Source of the DNA: Schmidtea polychroa
Taxonomy: Eukaryota
NCBI GenBank assembly: GCA_044892525.1
Contig: CM097885.1
Coordinates: forward strand, 70,742,001 to 70,806,000
DNA: 64,000 bases
Direction: 5' to 3'
The position numbers and the translations under genes were made by a program. Below are positions 62,481 to 64,000 of this stretch, in pieces (position 1 is the first letter of the stretch; every line of letters begins with the position of its first letter). The notes under the pieces were generated by a model. That model was not told the DNA's origin. It saw only the letters and a program-made list of their open reading frames with translations, and searched no databases.

Positions 62481-63612
62481 TAGCCTATTTCGGTCTATGG
62501 CCAATATTTTATTCATACTTGGAAAAAACCCTTTCAATACATGAGGAATATGCTGTAATACTAAGGATGAAAGATTATAATTTTTAAAAAAGTTATTGAT
62601 TTTATCCTTTTCAATATTTAAAAAAAATATAATGTAATGTTTCTGGGAATTCATCAAGCAGGCAGGCTCGAAGTTAGCATTTGTCTCTTCAATTTCACAA
62701 AACCTGGGAATATTTTCCAAATTTTTATCAATTTCGAAGACAGATAGTTTCATAATTATCGAAATTTCACTAAAATCAATTTTCTATATACTCTAGAGAT
62801 GATGTAAAATAAATATTGCGCAAAATTTTGTTAAATTTTTTTAGTTTTGTTATTTCCTTTTCACTTCATAGCCAGAAAATTGTTTTTCTATTACTGACCT
62901 TATTTGATTTTTAAATTCTTTAAGCATATCGAAAAAATCTATTTTTTTATAGATTTTTTTACTAAAGGTTTTATAGGCATTAAAATATGACTCGCAAACA
63001 GTAAATATACTTCGATCTTAGCAGGAATTTCACCATTCCTAAATTATAAAGCCTTTTTAAAGCTAATGAGAGGTCAGTAATATTACTAATGAGATACGAT
63101 TGTAATCCTGGCAACTCTTTATAATTTCTCGATACATGGTTGTAGCGATAGCCATCATTGGACGACATGCTGGGAAAGTCTGAAATTAACGTCCATAAAT
63201 ACACAATTCTTTGATCATTGTGAAATACATGAAAAGCTAAGAATGAATTTTCAAAACTATGTTCTCAATATCAATATCTAACTCCTGTGAATTGTGTAAA
63301 CAATTATCTGTGCTTAGCAATTTGCTTTCACTACATTTTTGTTATCTGCTTCCAAGTTCATGTATAACGATTGATGAATTCCGAAGTTCGCTATTCCATT
63401 TTTACATGATCACAAAATTAGAAGGATTTTTTTTCGTATTTTCTTATTGCATTCGCAAATACTATTTCTGGGGAATTCTGAGAATGATATATTTGGAATT
63501 ACTGCATTTCCCCGCATATACCTTGTGAATTTCGACCAAACCTGTGAAAAAAGAATTGATATGATGTAGGATGTTTACAGTCAGTGCCGTTTCCAAAGGC
63601 TGGCAAATAAGG
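62481..63612 (-). pseudogene. hAT transposase remnant, unit X' (tandem duplicate with the empty element-2 site)
   Basis: Minus-strand fragments KANC*AQI, LDIDIENIVLKIH, HVVQ*WLSLQPCIEKL, LPGLQSYLIS and AKIEVYLLFASHIL; a single GCCG at 63586-63589 within cagtgccgtttccaaaggc. Confidence 0.7.
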
Positions 63613-64000
63613 TGATTCCCATTGGCGCGGAGGCGCAGCAAACGCATAGGGGTGCCACAATAATATCACAGTTTGAGATACTTCGCTCACCAATTAGTTG
63701 TAAATGCTTAAATTAAAGATATTAACGCATACACATGAGTATAAAATTTTAACAGGATAAAATTTTAAGAGACAGCGAAGGTTAAGCGCTTAGACTACTA
63801 AAAATAAACCTATCACGACCAATAGAACGTCAGGTGGGGTCTTGAGGGTCGCCAAATTGAACCTCTCCCACGGGTGCCGTAAGGCGCTCTTTACAGTTTA
63901 TTAAATTCGATGGAAAAATTTAAAATTTATATGACAGACTTGAAAATATGAAAGTTATATGCGGGAAAATACAAAGTATTGCCTTATTCATATGAGGAAT

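Overview
Eukaryotic, very AT-rich, transposon-dense animal DNA. The 41-56 nt GT-AG introns, the TRAF gene and the TTAGGG repeat suggest a planarian-like flatworm, but that is inference. The only apparently intact cellular gene is a 4-exon TRAF-like gene (1623-3065). Two large LTR retroelements with matching 4-bp target-site duplications dominate the window. (1) A 14.8-kb Ty3/Gypsy element (5250-20058; 1062-bp LTRs, tRNA-Trp PBS). It has essentially one ~12-kb reading frame, broken by six in-frame stops and two frameshifts, in an unusual order: Gag (4 CCHC) - two ubiquitin-like domains - signal peptide + chuvirus/herpes-gB-like fusion glycoprotein + TM - PR - RT - RNase H - IN - second signal peptide + FN3-like ectodomain + TM - degenerate AlkB-like and ISG20/REX4-like exonuclease folds. 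Env lies between gag and pol. (2) An 18.6-kb pol-less element (43870-62453; ~4.5-kb LTRs, tRNA-Pro PBS) encoding Gag fused to a type-I membrane protein with three 4-Cys FN3-like repeats. A related 5.3-kb solo LTR (35023-40339) carries an intron-containing, antisense MANF/ARMET pseudogene. A ~230-nt covarying structured module ends these giant LTRs and occurs five times. Also present: a decayed piggyBac with TTAA TSD, a piggyBac-type MITE containing telomeric repeats, Maverick/Polinton ATPase remnants, hAT transposase remnants (a tandem duplicate preserves the empty insertion site of element 2), satellites and four N gaps. All domain calls come from motif recognition by eye, not database searches.
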